Assembly: GCA_030390025.1 (NCBI GenBank)
Contig: CM059431.1
Span: 101,620,001 to 101,684,000, forward strand
DNA length: 64,000 bases
Reading direction: 5' to 3'
Source: Squalus acanthias
Lineage: Eukaryota
In this document: positions 11,125 through 24,914 of the stretch, one piece after another
How the letters are laid out: every line of letters begins with the position of its first letter
How positions within the stretch are numbered: position 1 is the stretch's first letter
Notes under the pieces: generated by a model
What the model saw: only the letters and a program-made list of their open reading frames with translations
What the model was told of the DNA's origin: nothing
The model's database searches: none
Translations under genes and position numbers: made by a program

Positions 11125-14100
11125 ACCCCACTGGAAGGAGATACCGCGGGACACACTCACTGGAAGGAAACACCGCGGGACACACTCACTGGAAGGAGAT
11201 ACCGCGGGACACACTCACTGGAAGGAGACACTGCGAGACACACTCAAAGGAAGGAGACACACCGCGGGACACACTCACTGGAAGGAGACACACCGCGGGG
11301 GACACTCACTGGAAGGAGACACACCGCGGGACACACTCACTGGAAGGAGACACACCGCGGGACACACTCACCGGAAGGAGACACCGCGGGACACACTCAC
11401 TGGAAGGAGACACCGCGGGACACACTCACTGGAGACACACCGCGGGACACACTCACTGGAGACACACCGCGGGACACACTCACTGGAAGGAGACACCCCG
11501 CGGGACACACTCACTGGAAGGAGACACCCCGCGGGACACACTCACTGGAAGGAGACACCCCGCGGGACACACTCACTGGAAGGAGACACCCCGCGGGACA
11601 CACTCACTGGAAGGAGACACCCCGCGGGACACACTCACTGGAAGGAGAAACACCGCGGGACACACTCACTGGAGAAACACCGCGGGACACACTCACTGGA
11701 GAAACACCGCGGGACACACTCACTGGAAGGAGACACCGCGGGACACACTCACTGGAAGGAGACACCGCGGGGCACACTCACTGGAAGGAGACACCGCGAG
11801 ACACACTCAATGGAAGGAGACACACCACGGGACACACTCACTGGAAGGAGACACACCGCGGGGGACACTCACTGGAAGGAGACACACCGCGGGGGACACT
11901 CACTGGAAGGAGACACACCGCGGGACACACTCACTGGAAGGAGACACCGCGGGACACACTCACTGGAAGGAGACACCGCGGGACACACTCACTGGAAGGA
12001 GACACCGCGAGACACACTCAATGGAAGGAGACACACCACGGGACACACTCACTGGAAGGAGACACACCGCGGGGGACACTCACTGGAAGGAGACACACCG
12101 CGGGGGACACTCACTGGAAGGAGACACCCCGCGGGACACACTCACTGGAAGGAGACACCCCGCGGGACACACTCACTGGAAGGAGAAACACCGCGGGACA
12201 CACTCACTGGAGAAACACCGCGGGACACACTCACTGGAGAAACACCGCGGGACACACTCACTGGAAGGAGACACCGCGGGACACACTCACTGGAAGGAGA
12301 CACCGCGGGACAAACTCACTGGAAGGAGACACCGCGGGACACACTCACTGGAAGGAGACACCGCGAGACACACTCAATGGAAGGAGAGACACCACGGGAC
12401 ACACTCACTGGAAGGAGACACACCGCGGGGGACACTCACTGGAAGGAGACACACCGCGGGGGACACTCACTGGAAGGAGACACACCGCGGGACACACTCA
12501 CTGGAAGGAGACACCGCGGGACACACTCACTGCAAGGAGACACCGCGGGACACACTCACTGGAAGGAGACACCGCGGGACACACTCACTGGAAGGAGACA
12601 CCGCGAGACACACTCAATGGAAGGAGACACACCACGGGACACACTCACTGGAAGGAGACACACCGCGGGGGACACTCACTGGAAGGAGACACACCGCGGG
12701 GGACACTCACTGGAAGGAGACACACCGCGGGACACACTCACTGGAAGGAGACACCGCGGGACACACTCACTGGAAGGAGACACCGCGGGACACACTCACT
12801 GGAGACACACCGCGGGACACACTCACTGGAGACACCGCGGGACACACTCACTGGAGACGCCGCGGGACACACTCACTGGAAGGAGACACCCCGCGGGACA
12901 CACTCACTGGAAGGAGACACACCGCGGGACACACTCACTGGAAGGAGACACACCGCGGGACACACTCACTGGAGAAACACCGCGGGACACACTCACTGGA
13001 AGGAGACACCGCGGGACACACTCACTGGAAGGAGACACCGCGAGACACACTCAATGGAAGGAGACACCGCGGGACACACTCACTGGAAGGAGACACCGCG
13101 AGACACACTCACTGGAAGGAGACACCGCGGGACACACTCACTGGAAGGAGACACCGCGAGACACACTCAATGGAAGGAGACACACCACGGGACACACTCA
13201 CTGGAAGGAGACACACCGCGGGGGACACTCACTGGAAGGAGACACACCGCGGGGGACACTCACTGGAAGGAGACACACCGCGGGACACACTCACTGGAAG
13301 GAGACACCGCGGGACACACTCACTGGAAGGAGACACCGCGGGACACACTCACTGGAAGGAGACACCGCGGGACACACTCACTGGAAGGAGACACCGCGAG
13401 ACACACTCAATGGAAGGAGACACACCACGGGACACACTCACTGGAAGGAGACACCGCGGGGACACTCACTGGAAGGAGACACACCGCGGGGGACACTCAC
13501 TGGAAGGAGACACACCGCGGGACACACTCACTGGAGACGCCGCGGGACACACTCACTGGAAGGAGACACCCCGCGGGACACACTCACTGGAAGGAGACAC
13601 ACCGCGGGACACACTCACTGGAAGGAGACACACCGCGGGACACACTCACTGGAGACACACCGCGGGACACACTCACTGGAGACACACCGCGGGACACACT
13701 CACTGGAGACACCGCGGGACACACTGGAAGGAGACACCGCGGGACACACTCACTGGAAGGAGACACCACGGGACACACTCACTGGGAGGAGACACCGCGG
13801 GACACACTCACTGGAAGGAGACACACCACGGGACATACTCACTGGAAGGAGACACACCGCGGTGGACACTCACTGGAAGGAGACACCGCGGGACACACTC
13901 ACTGGAAGGAGACACACCACGGGACACACTCACTGGAAGGAGACACACCGCGGTGGACACTCACTGGAAGGAGACACACCGCGGGGGACACTCACTGGAA
14001 GGAGACACACCGCGGGACACACTCACTGGAAGGAGACACCGCGGGACACACTCACTGGAAGGAGACACCGCGGGACACACTCACTGGAAGGAGACACCGC

Positions 14101-17000
14101 GGGACACACTCACTGGAAGGAGACACCGCGAGACACACTCAATGGAAGGAGACACACCACGGGACACACTCACTGGAAGGAGACACACCGCGGGGGACAC
14201 TCACTGGAAGGAGACACACCGCGGGGGACACTCACTGGAAGGAGACACACCGCGGGACACACTCACTGGACGGAGACACCACGGGACACACTCACTGGAA
14301 GGAGATACCGCGGGACACACTCACTGGAGACACACCGCGGGACACACTCACTGGAGACACCGCGGGACACACTCACTGGAGACGCCGCGGGACACACTCA
14401 CTGGAAGGAGACACCCCGCGGGACACACTCACTGGAAGGAGACACACCGCGGGACACACTCACTGGAAGGAGACACACCGCGGGACACACTCACTGGAGA
14501 CACACCGCGGGACACACTCACTGGAGACACACCGCGGGACACACTCACTGGAGACACACCGCGGGACACACTCACTGGAGACACCGCGGGACACACTCAC
14601 TGGAAGGAGACACCACGGGACACACTCACTGGAAGGAGACACCGCGGGACACACTCACTGGAAGGAGACACACCACGGGACATACTCACTGGAAGGAGAC
14701 ACACCGCGGTGGACACTCACTGGAAGGAGACACCGCGGGACACACTCACTGGAAGGAGACACACCACGGGACACACTCACTGGAAGGAGACACACCGCGG
14801 TGGACACTCACTGGAAGGAGACACACCGCGGGGGACACTCACTGGAAGGAGACACACCGCGGGGGACACTCACTGGAAGGAGACATACCGCGGGGGACAC
14901 TCACTGGAAGGAGACACACCGCGGGGGACACTCACTGGAAGGAGACACACCGCGGGGGACACTCACTGGAAGGAGACACACCGCGGGACACACTCACTGG
15001 AGACACCGCGGGACACACTGGAAGGAGACACCGCGGGACACACTCACTGGAAGGAGACACCGCGGGACACACTCACTGGAAGGAGACACCGCGGGACACA
15101 CTCACTGGAAGGAGACACCCCGCGGGACACACTCACTGGAAGGAGAAACACCGCGGGACACACTCACTGGAGAAACACCGCGGGACACACTCACTGGAGA
15201 AACACCGCGGGACACACTCACTGGAAGGAGACACCGCGGGACACACTCACTGGAAGGAGACACCGCGGGACACACTCACTGGAAGGAGACACCGCGGGAC
15301 ACACTCACTGGAAGGAGACACCGCGAGACACACTCAATGGAAGGAGACACACCACGGGACACACTCACTGGAAGGAGACACACCGCGGGGGACACTCACT
15401 GGAAGGAGACACACCGCGGGGGACACTCACTGGAAGGAGACACACCGCGGGACACACTCACTGGAAGGAGACACCGCGGGACACACTCACTGGAAGGAGA
15501 CACCGCGGGACACACTCACTGGAAGGAGACACCGCGGGACACACTCACTGGAAGGAGACACCGCGAGACACACTCAATGGAAGGAGACACACCACGGGAC
15601 ACACTCACTGGAAGGAGACACACCGCGGGGGACACTCACTGGAAGGAGACACACCGCGGGGGACACTCACTGGAAGGAGACACACCGCGGGACACACTCA
15701 CTGGAAGGAGACACCGCGGGACACACTCACTGGAAGGAGACACCGCGGGACACACTCACTGGAGACACACCGCGGGACACACTCACTGGAGACACCGCGG
15801 GACACACTCACTGGAGACGCCGCGGGACACACTCACTGGAAGGAGACACCCCGCGGGACACACTCACTGGAAGGAGACACACCGCGGGACACACTCACTG
15901 GAAGGAGACACACCGCGGGACACACTCACTGGAGACACACCGCGGGACACACTCACTGGAGACACACCGCGGGACACACTCACTGGAGACACCGCGGGAC
16001 ACACTGGAAGGAGACACCGCGGGACACACTCACTGGAAGGAGACACCACGGGACACACTCACTGGAAGGAGACACCGCGGGACGCACTCACTGGAAGGAG
16101 ACACACCACGGGACATACTCACTGGAAGGAGACACACCGCGGTGGACACTCACTGGAAGGAGACACCGCGGGACACACTCACTGGAAGGAGACACACCAC
16201 GGGACACACTCACTGGAAGGAGACACACCGCGGTGGACACTCACTGGAAGGAGACACACCGCGGGGGACACTCACTGGAAGGAGACACACCGCGGGGGAC
16301 ACTCACTGGAAGGAGACACACCGCGGGGGACACTCACTGGAAGGAGATACACCGCGGGGGACACTCACTGGAAGGAGACACACCGCGGGGGACACTCACT
16401 GGAAGGAGACACACCGCGGGACACACTCACTGGAGACACCGCGGGACACACTGGAAGGAGACACCGCGGGACACACTCACTGGAAGGAGACACCGCGGGA
16501 CACACTCACTGGAAGGAGACACCGCGGGACACACTCAATGGAAGGAGACACACCACGGGACACACTCACTGGAAGGAGACACACCGCGGGGGACACTCAC
16601 TGGAAGGAGACACACCGCGGGGGACACTCACTGGAAGGAGACACACTGCGGGGGACACTCACTGGAAGGAGACACACCGCGGGACACACTCACTGGAAGG
16701 AGACACCGCGGGACACACTCACTGGAAGGAGACACCGCGGGACACACTCACTGGAAGGAGACACCGCGGGACACACTCACTGGAGACACACCGCGGGACA
16801 CACTCACTGGAGACACCGCGGGACACACTCACTGGAGACACCGCGGGACACACTCACTGGAAGGAGACACCCCGCGGGACGCACTCACTGGAAGGAGACA
16901 CCCCGCGGGACACACTCACTAGAAGGAGACACACCGCGGGACACACTCACTGGAGACGCACCGCGGGACACACTCACTGGAAGGAGACACCGCGGGACAC
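11125..17000. repeat. 5.9-kb satellite, basic unit 29 bp GGGACACACTCACTGGAAGGAGACACCGC with shorter and 31-bp variants
   Basis: Directly visible tandem array of roughly 200 units, with recurring blocks of variants. Confidence 0.98.
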
Positions 17001-17009
17001 AAAAAAAAA

Positions 17010-17155
17010 CTTAAGGCTAAGGGGATTAAGGGATATGGGGAGAAAGCAGGGACAGGGTACTGAATTTGGATGATCAGCCATGCTCTCATTAAATGGCGGA
17101 GCAGGCTAGAGGTGCCGAATGTCCTACTCCTGCTCCTATCTTCTATGTTTCTATG
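17010..17155 (+). mobile_element. CR1 3' end fragment, same subfamily as 53527-53690
   Basis: CTTAAGGCTAA...AGCAGGGACAGGGTACTGAATTTGGATGATCAGCCATG...TTCTATGTTTCTATG. Confidence 0.9.
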
Positions 17156-17619
17156 ACCTTTAACATTCGCCTTCTCTAGATTTTAACCAAACATGGTGAG
17201 TGTTTTCATTTTTCCGAGACATTCGTTCACTTCCTTTTTGAAGGAGGAAGCTCAGAAATAATTGCCTACGTGACCCATTCTCCTGTGCAGTCACAATTAT
17301 TTTAAACTCCTTTTTGGGTTCGGACCAAATCTGACAAGTGATCGCTTGTGGTTGTGTCCCGGTCATATTTCCGGAAAGTTGCCTTCCTCTGTACGTTGAA
17401 CGAGGCACCTGTAAAAATGCTGTACTTAAATACTCTTCGATAGATTTTAAATGCTTTTTTCCTCCCTTCTTGAGTCCGTTAGCTATTCTCTCTTGTAGTT
17501 GCCTGTGTCACGTGTGGATGAAGCTTTGGCGTGGCCTTTTTGCACTGAAGTTTCCTCTGCTTGCTGTCTGTCCGTGGCGACGTGGCTAAGATTGGAAACT
17601 TGCCAAAGTGGGGAAATGA

Positions 17620-18005
17620 AGTCAGCCGTGGCTCAGTTGGTAGCACTCTTGCCTGTGTTAGGTCACGGGTTTAATCCCCACTCAAGGACTTGAGCACATA
17701 ACCGAGGCTGACACTTCGGTGTGGTACTGAGGGAGTGCTGCACTGTTAGAGGTGCCGTCTTTCAGATCAAACGTTGAACCGAGTCCTTGTCTGCGTGCTT
17801 AAGTGGATATAAAAGATCCCATGGCACTATTTGAAGGTGTTCTTCTGTCCTGGCCAACACCCATCTCTCAATCAACAACACCAGAACAGATGATCTGGTC
17901 ACGAATCTCCTTGCTCTCGCACTGACTGCACTTCAAAAGTACTGTGAAGTACTCGGGGGACATCCTGAGGAGTGAACGATGCTATCTAAATGCAAGTTGT
18001 TACTT
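17620..18005 (+). mobile_element. Older monomeric DeuSINE
   Basis: Diverged head, body and tail. Confidence 0.8.
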
Positions 18006-18199
18006 TCTTTATATCCATCATTTCCTGCTTATCCAACATCCAGTCTTGGATGATCCACAGTGTCCTCCGTCTAAACATTGGGAAGAGGGAAGCTTCAGTC
18101 TTCAGTCCCCACCGCAAATCACGTACCTTCGCCACTGACTCCACTACCTTCCGCATCCGAATTTATCCTGCATTTCCATGTCATATGAGAAAAGTTGTT

Positions 18200-18675
18200 G
18201 AACATAAGAAATAGGAGCAGGAGTCGGCCATTTGGCCCCTCGAGCCTGCGCCACCATTCAATAAGATCATGGCTGATCTTCGACCTCATCTCCACTTTCC
18301 TGCACTAACCCCATATCCCCTGTTCCCTTAATATTCAAAAATCTATTGATCTCTGTCTTGAATATACTCAACGACTGAGCCTCCACAGCCCTCTGGGGTA
18401 GAGAATTCCAAAGATTCACCACCCTCTGAGTGAAGAAATTTCTCCTCATCTCAGTCCTAAATGGCCGACCCCTTATCCTGAGACTGTGACCCCTGGTTCT
18501 AGACTCCCCAGCCAGGGGAAACATCCTCCCTGCATCTAACCTGTCAAGCCCTGTAAGAATATTGTATGTTTCAATGAGATCACCTTTCATTCTTCTAAAC
18601 TCTAGAGAATATAGGCCGAGTCTACTCAGTCTCTCCTCATAGGACAATCTCCCCAGTCCAGGAACCAGTCTGGTT
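18200..18675 (-). mobile_element. CR1 3' fragment
   Basis: YEERLSRLGLYSLEFRRMKGDLIETY...LWNSLP plus tail. Confidence 0.9.
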
Positions 18676-19254
18676 GTTTCTTTGGCAATCTTTTATCTTA
18701 TTAGTAGAACCTCTGTCAGTTATATTTAATTAAACCAAATTGGCGCGGTCAATTCTAAACGCTTCTCTGTCAGACCGATGACGCGACAATCCTCAGAATT
18801 CTTGCCAAGTGCTTAAAATTGTATAATTAGAGGTATGATTTGGATTTGCAGTTTCCCTTTTAGCTCCATGATGGAACCACAAACCATCTTAAAAAACAAA
18901 ACATGCAATTCTTTCTTTCAAGTGTGAAATAGTGTATATCTAAACATTGTGGAAGTGTATTTTTGTGTAAGTGGCCAATTCTATTCAAACACCATTGTGT
19001 GAAGTTAAAAGTGGAATGATCCCAAGTATTTAAACAGTTTAGCTCTAGTCCAGCTTGCCTGGTGGCCCAGTGAATACACGCACCACATGGTTTGTATTGA
19101 GCCGTACAATTCAGGATGTGCGCTTGAAGTGCCGTAACCCGCAGGGCTACGGACCAAGTGCTGGAAAGTTGGATGAGGCTGGATAGCTCTTTTTCGGCCG
19201 GCACAGACACGATGGGCCGAATGGCCTCCTTCTGTGCCGTAATTTCTATGATGA

Positions 19255-20915
19255 TTCTTCCCGGCCATTAACTCCGGCTGAACCAGACTGTTGGCAGCCC
19301 TGGGTGTCCGGTTTGACCTGAGCTGAGCTTCTGACCACATATCCTGTCCCGTCACAAAGACACGGGAACACGAGGAGGCCATTCAGCCCCTCGAGCCTAT
19401 TCCGCCCTTCGATGAGATCATGGGCTGATCTGCGACCTAACTCCATCTACCCGCCTTTGGCCCATATCCCTTAATACCTTTGGTTAACAAAAATCTATCA
19501 ATCTCCGATTTAAAATTAACAATTGATCTATTATCAATTGCCATTTGTGGAAGAGAGTTCCAAACTTCTACCACCCTTTGTGTGCAGACTGCCGCCTTCC
19601 ACCTCCAGAAGTTCGCCCCTACCTCAGCCCATCTGTTACTGAAACTCTCATATCCATGCCTTTCCCACATTGAGACATGATTACTCCAATGTTCTCTTGA
19701 CTGGCTTCCCAACATCCATCCTCTGTAGACTCCAGCTCATCCAAGATTCTGCTACCCTTATCCTGTCCTGCTCGCCCATAGCTGCTATCCTTAGTAATGT
19801 ACATGGGGTTCTGGCCCCCTAAGGCCTCGTTTAAAGTTCTGCTCCTCGTGTTTTAATTCCTCTATAGTCTTGCCCTCACTATCTCTGCATCTTCAACTCT
19901 CGCAAATTTTCCATTCCTTTAGTTCTGGCCTCTTGTGTGTTCCCTCTCTCTTTCTTCGCCCCACCATTGGTGGCTGTGCCTTCAGCAGCCTGGACCCCAC
20001 GCTTTGGATTTCCTTCCCTAAACATCTCTGCCTTTCCATCTCTCTCCTCCTTTAAATAAAATATTGGGAAAACTGAAGCCATTGTCTTCAATCCCCGGCA
20101 CGGACTCCGTTCCCTAGCCAGCGGCTCCATTCCTCTCCTTGGCCACTGTCTGAGGCTGAACCAAACCGTTCGCAACCTTGGTGTCCTACTTGACCCTGAG
20201 CTGAGCTTCCGACCCCATATCTTCTCCATCACCAAGGCCGCCTACTTCCACCTCTGTAACATTGCACGTCTCCTCTCCTGCTGAAGCCCTCAACCATGCC
20301 TCTGTTACCTCCAGACTGGACTATTCCAACGCTCCCCTGGCCAGCCTCCCAAGTTGCCCCTTCCGTGAAATTGAGCTCATCCAAAACTCTGCTGCCCGTG
20401 TCCTAACTCGCACCAAGTCCCGTTCGCCCATCACCCCCCCCCGTGTCCTAACTCGCACCAAGTCCCGTTCGCCCATCACCCCCTGTGCTCGCTGACCTAC
20501 ATTGGTTCCCGGTCTGGCAATGCCTCAATTAAAAAAAATTCTCATCCTTGTTTTCAAATCCCTCCCTGGCCTCACCTCTCCCTATCTCTGTAACCTCTTC
20601 CAGCCCTATAACCCTCCGAGATCTCTGCACTCCTCTAATTCTGGCCTCTTGCGCAGCCCTGATTTTAATTGCTCCACCATTGGCGACCGTACCTTCAGCC
20701 GTATAGGCCCTAAGCTCTGGAATTCCCTCCCTAAACCTCTCTCTCCTCCTTTAAGACGCTCCTTAAAACCTACCTCTTTGACCAAGCTTTTGGTCACCTG
20801 TCCTAATATCTCCTTATGTGGCTCAGTGTCAAATATTGTTTGATATTCGCTCCTGTGAAGCGCCTTGGGACATTTTACTACGTTAAAGGCGCTATATAAA
20901 TACAAGTTGCTGTTG
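19255..20915 (+). mobile_element. Cluster of L2 fragments with a nested reverse CR1 tail (~19360-19585)
   Basis: SRLDYSN, LIQNSAARVLTRTK, ITP, LWNSLP motifs and L2 tail. Confidence 0.8.
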
Positions 20916-21484
20916 TAGTTTAAGATCCCTTAAAACCCACCCCATGGACCAAGTTTTTGGTCACTCTTAATATGTCCGTCAGTGTCCATATTCTTCCATA
21001 CACCGCTGCAAAACACCGTAGAACGTTTGTTAACGGTAAAGGCTCTATGTCCTATGTATGTGTGTGTGTTCATATTTTATGATATTTGCAAGCCAGAAAT
21101 GATGCCTTTGATTAAATATATTTGAACACTGATTCATGATCTGAGGTATTTGACTTGATTCAGATTGCAGTAACTTCTGTAAATGCTTCAGTTCTACGAG
21201 TTAGATCAACAACCACAACTCCAGGTAAAATTGCTCTTAATGAAAAATGGGAGAAAACCATTTTATGCTTCATAATTGATGGTCTGTCAATGAAATTGCA
21301 CAAATCACAGTTTCACAAACCCATTTTACCAACATGCATGGCTCCTGAAACCTGAGATTTCGAAGAAGGCTGATTTCATTAGCTGATAATGGAGGACAGA
21401 AGGTTTGTTGAGGAATTCTGCCACCTCCACGTCTCACGTTTCACTAAAATTGTCCCAATTCTTTCCAGTAATGAAAAATACACG

Positions 21485-24425
21485 GTTAGCCTTTATTACA
21501 AAGGGATTTGAGTATAAGAGTAAAGACGTCTTACTGCAATTATATAGGTCCTTGGTGAGACCACACCTGGAGTATTGTGTACAGTTTTAGTCTCCTTACC
21601 TAAGGAAGGATATTCTTGCCTTAGAGGGAGTGCAACAAATCATTAGACTGATTCCTGGGATGAGAGGATTGTCCTATGAGGAGAGATTGAGCAGACTAGG
21701 CCTATATTCTCTAGAGTTTAGAAGAATGAGAGGTGATCTCATTCAAACATATAAAATTCTTACAGGGCTTGACAGGGTAGATGCAGGGAGGGTGTTTCCA
21801 CTGGCTGGGGAGTCTAGAACCAGGGGTCATAGTCTCAGGATAAGGGGTCGGCCATTTAGGACTGAGATGAGGGGAAATTTCTTCACTCAGAAGGTGGTGA
21901 ATCTTTGGAATTCTCTACCCCAGAGGGCTGTGGTGGCTCAGTCGATGAGTATATTCAAGACAGAGGTTGATAGATGGATACTAAGGAATCAAGGGATATG
22001 GGGCTGAAAGGTGGAGTTAAGGTAGAAGATCAGCCATGATCTCATTGAATGGCGGAGCAGGCTCGAAGGGCCGAGTGGCCGACTCCCGCTCCTATTTCTT
22101 ATGTTCTTGTGTTCTTAATAGGCATGCAATCACAAAATTCCGTGCACTTAATTCTGCCGTGTGTGCTGAAGCACATTTTGGTTGGTATAATTTTACAATG
22201 ACGTCGCTGTGTTTACATATAGTTCCCCTTGATGACCATGCCACACAAATCTGAAACTTTCCCTCTCTGTACTTTTTACTGGAACGAGTGAGTGTTCACA
22301 TGTCAGAATAGATTTTTAACCTGATTACTGCTAAAGCACTTAATGGCTTTGTGAGATACCATTGTTGTTGCTGGCCAGACCCTTGAACAGAGTAATTTGT
22401 TCAGCGTTTTACAACAGTGAAATCCTTGCTTGCTTTGTACTGTTGTAATCCAGGTTGCTTTTAGCTCTCATTTTGAACTATGCCTTACCTCAAATGCATT
22501 GTGTACGTGGAGGTCCCCTAAGGCAAAAATAGGAAACTGTACAGCAAGTAAAAAACAGACCTACGCCCATCTATTGTCTTTGATGATCTTACCATGTTAC
22601 GTTATGGAGTCAACAGTCTACTGTGTCCGCTTCAGATATATTTGTAAATAATTCTTTTAACCCTTTTGATGGCTGCTTTGTGCTGAATTAGCCCATTAAG
22701 GAGTGATTTGATTGAAGTTTTCAAGATATTAAGGGGAACAGGTAGGGTAGACTACCCTGTGTCAACTGGTTGGGGAGTCTAGGACTAGGGGGCAAAGCCT
22801 AAAAATTAGAGCCAGACCTTTCAGGAGTGAAATTAGGAAACACTTCTACACACAAAGGGTGGTAGAAGTTTGGAACTCTCTTCTCAAATGGCAATTGATG
22901 CTCGATCAGTTGTTAATTTTAAATCTGAGATTGATAGATTTTCGTTAACCAAAGGTATTAAGGGATACGGGGCAAAGGCGGGCAGATGGGATGTGGACGT
23001 CGCTGGCAAGGCCAGCATTTATTGCCCATCCTTAATTGCCCACGAGCAGGTGGTTGTGAGCCGCCTTCTTGAACCGCTGCAGTCCATGTGGTGAAGGTAC
23101 TCCCACAGTGCTGTTAGGGAGGGAGTTCCAGGATTTTGACCCAGCGACGATGAAGGATCGGCCGATATACTTCTAAGTCAGGATGGTGTGTGACTTGGAG
23201 GGGAACTTGGAGGTGGTGGTGTTCCCATGCGTCTGCTGCCCTTGTCCTTCTAGGTGGAAGAGGTCGCGGTTTTGGGGGGGTGCTGTCGAAGAAGCCTTGG
23301 CGAGTTGCTGCAGTGCATCTTGTAGATGGTACACACTGCAGCCACGGTGCGCTGGTGGTGGAGGGAGTGAATGTTTAAGGTGGTGGATGGGGTGCCAATC
23401 AAGTGAGCTGCTTTGTCCTGGATGGTGTCGAGCTTCTTGAGTGTTGTTGGAGCTGCACTCATCCAGGCAAGTGGAGAGTATTCCATCACACTCCTGACTT
23501 GTGCCCTGTAGATGGTTTGGAACTCTCTTCTGCAACTGGCAGTTGATGCTAGATCAATTGTTAATTTTAAATCTGAGATTGATAGCTTTTTGTTAACCAA
23601 AGGTAATAAGGGATATGGGGCAAAGGCGGGTATATGGAGTTAGGTCGCAGATCAGCCATGATCTCATTGACTGGTGGAACAGGCTCGAGGGGTTGAATGG
23701 GCTCCTCCTGTTTCTATGTTCCTATTATGGAGAATCGGGCCAGGTTTTAATGCTTCTGCGTTGGCTATTGAAATGATGGGCAGGAACTCACTGCCTGTCT
23801 TGCGCAGAAGCAGAAAACCCCGGCACTAGTTTATATTTTTGTCACAAAAAGCTCAACGATGGAATTGCTCCAATTGTATAACCTGTCACTGTTTCAGTTT
23901 CACAGAGTCTAGCCGTATTGTCTTGCTGCAGTCGTGTAGAAGCTTACAGTGCAGAAGGAGGCCATTCGGCCCGTTGTGCCTGTGCTGGCTCTTTGAAAAA
24001 GCCGTCGTGCTCAGTCCCACATCCCCGCTTTTTGTCCGTAACCCTGTGAGCTCCTTGTCCTCCAGAACCCGTCCAACTCCCTTTAAAATTATTGATGGAA
24101 TCAGCTTCCACCACCTTTTCAAGTTGAGCGTTCCAGATCCCCACAACTCTCTGACTGAAAAAAATTCCACTCATCTCCCCTCTAGATTTTTTGCCAATGG
24201 CTTTGAATCTATGACCTCTAGTTATTGACCCACTCGCCGGAGGGAATATTTTTTCCCTTATTTATTCGTGTCGATACCTCTCGTCATCTTGAAAGACTCT
24301 ATTGGGTCACCTCTTAACCTTCTTCTGTTCCAAGGAGAACAGTCCGAACCTTTCCAACCTCTCCTCATAACTGAAGTCCCTTAGGCCTGGCCACATCCTG
24401 GTAGGACCTCCTCTGCACCCTTTCA
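21485..24425. mobile_element. CR1 fragments (+ ~21485-22110; + ~22695-23725 with a nested reverse LINE ~22988-23515; - ~23945-24425)
   Basis: CR1 ORF2 C-terminal motifs. The nested element encodes QVRSVMEYSPLAW...LHHQRTVAAVCTIYKM. Confidence 0.82.
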
Positions 24426-24526
24426 GTCTGAAACTGGAAGTTCCGCAGTCAGAAAGCTAAGTTTCTTTTCCATACTGCTGCACTACTCAAATACCAAATC
24501 GTACAAATTAAAGAATGGTGGTTTCC

Positions 24527-24551
24527 TGTGTGTGTGTGTGTGTGTGTGTGT
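24527..24551. repeat. (TG)n microsatellite
   Basis: Directly visible. Confidence 0.95.
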
Positions 24552-24914
24552 ACGGTTTTGATTGCTTTAGCAGCTCAATGTGTAAGTCTGGCTTAACAGT
24601 TGCCAATGTGTGACTGAATGGAAATGAACTTAGATTGTAAACTAACTGTAAAGATGTATGTTTAAAAAAAAATCAATCTTTGGAGGGTGATTGGTCGAAA
24701 ATGTTGTCAAACTAAGGCAATGGTTTAGGAACAGTTATTTTGAAACCCAAGGTTGTTTGTCCTTTTTTCAGCAGGACCTGATTTTGTTTAGTTCAAAATA
24801 AACTCAATCATTGAGTTTTGCAGGACTAAAGCACTTGACTTTATTTCCACATTTGACGCTATGTTTAGCCAGCAAGCCTCGCACGTCAATGGAGCTGTCC
24901 ACTTTCGTTGCTCA

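Noticed and set aside
11125..17000. CRISPR-like array
   Set aside because: Units are head-to-tail with no unique spacers, there are no cas genes, and the context is vertebrate.
11118..17073. Giant ORFs of 1934, 1734 and 1339 aa
   Set aside because: All three + frames are open because the monomer has no stop codon. The translations are permutations of the same repeat, the unit lengths are mostly not multiples of 3, and the array is intronic.
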